IMG/VR virus record: IMGVR_UViG_3300005077_000121
Coordinates: 1-35,559 of that record
DNA: 35,559 bases
Strand: one strand, 5' to 3'
DNA from: a virus
Lineage: Duplodnaviria; Caudoviricetes
Shown: positions 34,688 through 35,559 of the stretch, piece after piece
How the letters are laid out: every line of letters begins with the position of its first letter
Numbering within the stretch: the first letter of the stretch is position 1
Notes under the pieces: generated by a model
The model's input: the letters and a program-made list of their open reading frames with translations, nothing else
Told to the model about the DNA's origin: nothing
Database searches by the model: none
Made by a program: the position numbers and the translations under genes

Positions 34688-34981
34688 TTACTTTTCAAGA
34701 AGCGCGAACGCTTGCCCAACAATGAGTGTTCCGTATCCTGCACCAATCACCTTTTTAATCTCAGCCACTTCCTCAATCGTAAGAGACACGTCTTCCGTTG
34801 CGTGTTGGATTTTTGACGCAAGGAGAAACCGCTTCACTTTTTCCTCTGCGGTGATTTCTTTCTCGCTGTTTGCAAGAAGCGCATTGACCGTTGCGGTGCG
34901 CAGTGTAAACGGAGTGCCTTTTTCGTCCGTAATCACCTCTCCTTCTAAGTTGCAAATGTTCTGTGAAAAGTCGATGTTCAT
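34688..34981 (-). CDS. Hypothetical protein following the fibre genes
   Basis: 97-aa ORF in operon order. Confidence 0.65.
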   Translation of the reverse strand: MNIDFSQNICNLEGEVITDEKGTPFTLRTATVNALLANSEKEITAEEKVKRFLLASKIQHATEDVSLTIEEVAEIKKVIGAGYGTLIVGQAFALLEK

Positions 34982-34985
34982 ATGA

Positions 34986-35309
34986 TTATGCCTCTTGGGC
35001 GTTAGTGAATAAATTGGTCTCTACTTCTTCGGTTATGGGATTACCTTCTTCGTCCACCTCTCCCGTGTCTCGTGTTTCGGTTTTGCTTTCCGTGAGTTTC
35101 TCGTAATAGTCAGAACGTGTTCCGTCGATTGTCTCGACTTGTATTGTGCGGATTTCGAGCGGTGCTTTTCCAGCACGTCGCGCCGCTTCATCAGCGTATC
35201 CTGCGAGATAGATTTCCGTTTGTCCGTCAAAACTCTCATTTGTTCTGATAATACGCCAATATGTTGCGGTTACCCCGAATGTTGTTTCAATTGATTTTTC
35301 GATTGCCAT
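34986..35309 (-). CDS. Hypothetical fibre-associated protein
   Basis: MAIEKSIETTFGVTATYWRI..; TGGTATAAT at 35345-35337. Confidence 0.65.
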   Translation of the reverse strand: MAIEKSIETTFGVTATYWRIIRTNESFDGQTEIYLAGYADEAARRAGKAPLEIRTIQVETIDGTRSDYYEKLTESKTETRDTGEVDEEGNPITEEVETNLFTNAQEA

Positions 35310-35355
35310 ATGATTATGTTAAATGATAATACTGATATTATACCACGAATTGTCA

Positions 35356-35559
35356 CTATGCGGAAATGATTGCTTTCGTCTTCAATGCTGTAACGAGAGT
35401 CCCGAGCACATCAGCAATCTCATCAAGCGTTGTTGCGTCAGCGTCAAACGTCCGTGTTGTCGTCGCGTTCGAGACGTTCCACCCAGAGTCAGCAAGCCCT
35501 ACGGTTCCCCCCTTAAAGGCATACGCCCCGTCATCCCGCACCGTAAGAAGTGCCGTCCC
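35356..35559 (-). CDS. C-terminal end of a fibre-like protein (enters from the right edge)
   Basis: Frame open to the edge: GTALLTVRDDG...RTFDADATTLDEIADVLGTLVTALKTKAIISA. Confidence 0.65.
   Translation of the reverse strand, partial: GTALLTVRDDGAYAFKGGTVGLADSGWNVSNATTTRTFDADATTLDEIADVLGTLVTALKTKAIISA

Noticed and set aside
36-34985. Numerous plus-strand ORFs in the track
   Set aside because: Nearly all are antisense shadows of well-supported minus-strand genes, and none shows a recognisable motif.
1-35559. Alternative genetic code (stop-codon reassignment)
   Set aside because: Long genes are intact in code 11, and TGA, TAG and TAA all end genes at sensible boundaries.

Overview
This window looks like a near-complete, circularly permuted genome of a small tailed dsDNA phage (HK97-type head, non-contractile tail with a short 516-aa tape measure). 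Every credible protein gene is on the minus strand and uses the standard genetic code. Read in the direction of transcription (35559 to 1), the order is: end of a fibre gene, neck and tail module, lysis module (two holin-like genes and a papain-like/peptidoglycan-binding lysin), early accessory genes, RecT, a nuclease-FtsK fusion, a DnaA domain-IV protein beside an oriC-like DnaA-box cluster, a RusA-like resolvase, a LicD/cytidylyltransferase/GT2 cassette, IF-1, Imm, a broken ParB-methylase, TerS, TerL, portal-gp7 fusion, prohead protease, major capsid, and the start of a fibre gene. I see no integrase, repressor, polymerase, primase or replicative helicase. AT-rich starts without Shine-Dalgarno motifs, DnaA boxes beside promoters and the look of several proteins suggest a Patescibacteria (CPR) host, but that is inference only. 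The strongest novel signal is in TerL, which carries two inteins. One is a class-3 (WCT) LAGLIDADG intein starting with Leu. The other has no endonuclease in its own frame but hides a complete HNH endonuclease ORF in the +1 frame, exactly at the endonuclease insertion site. No database searches were run; all calls come from motif recognition and manual translation.
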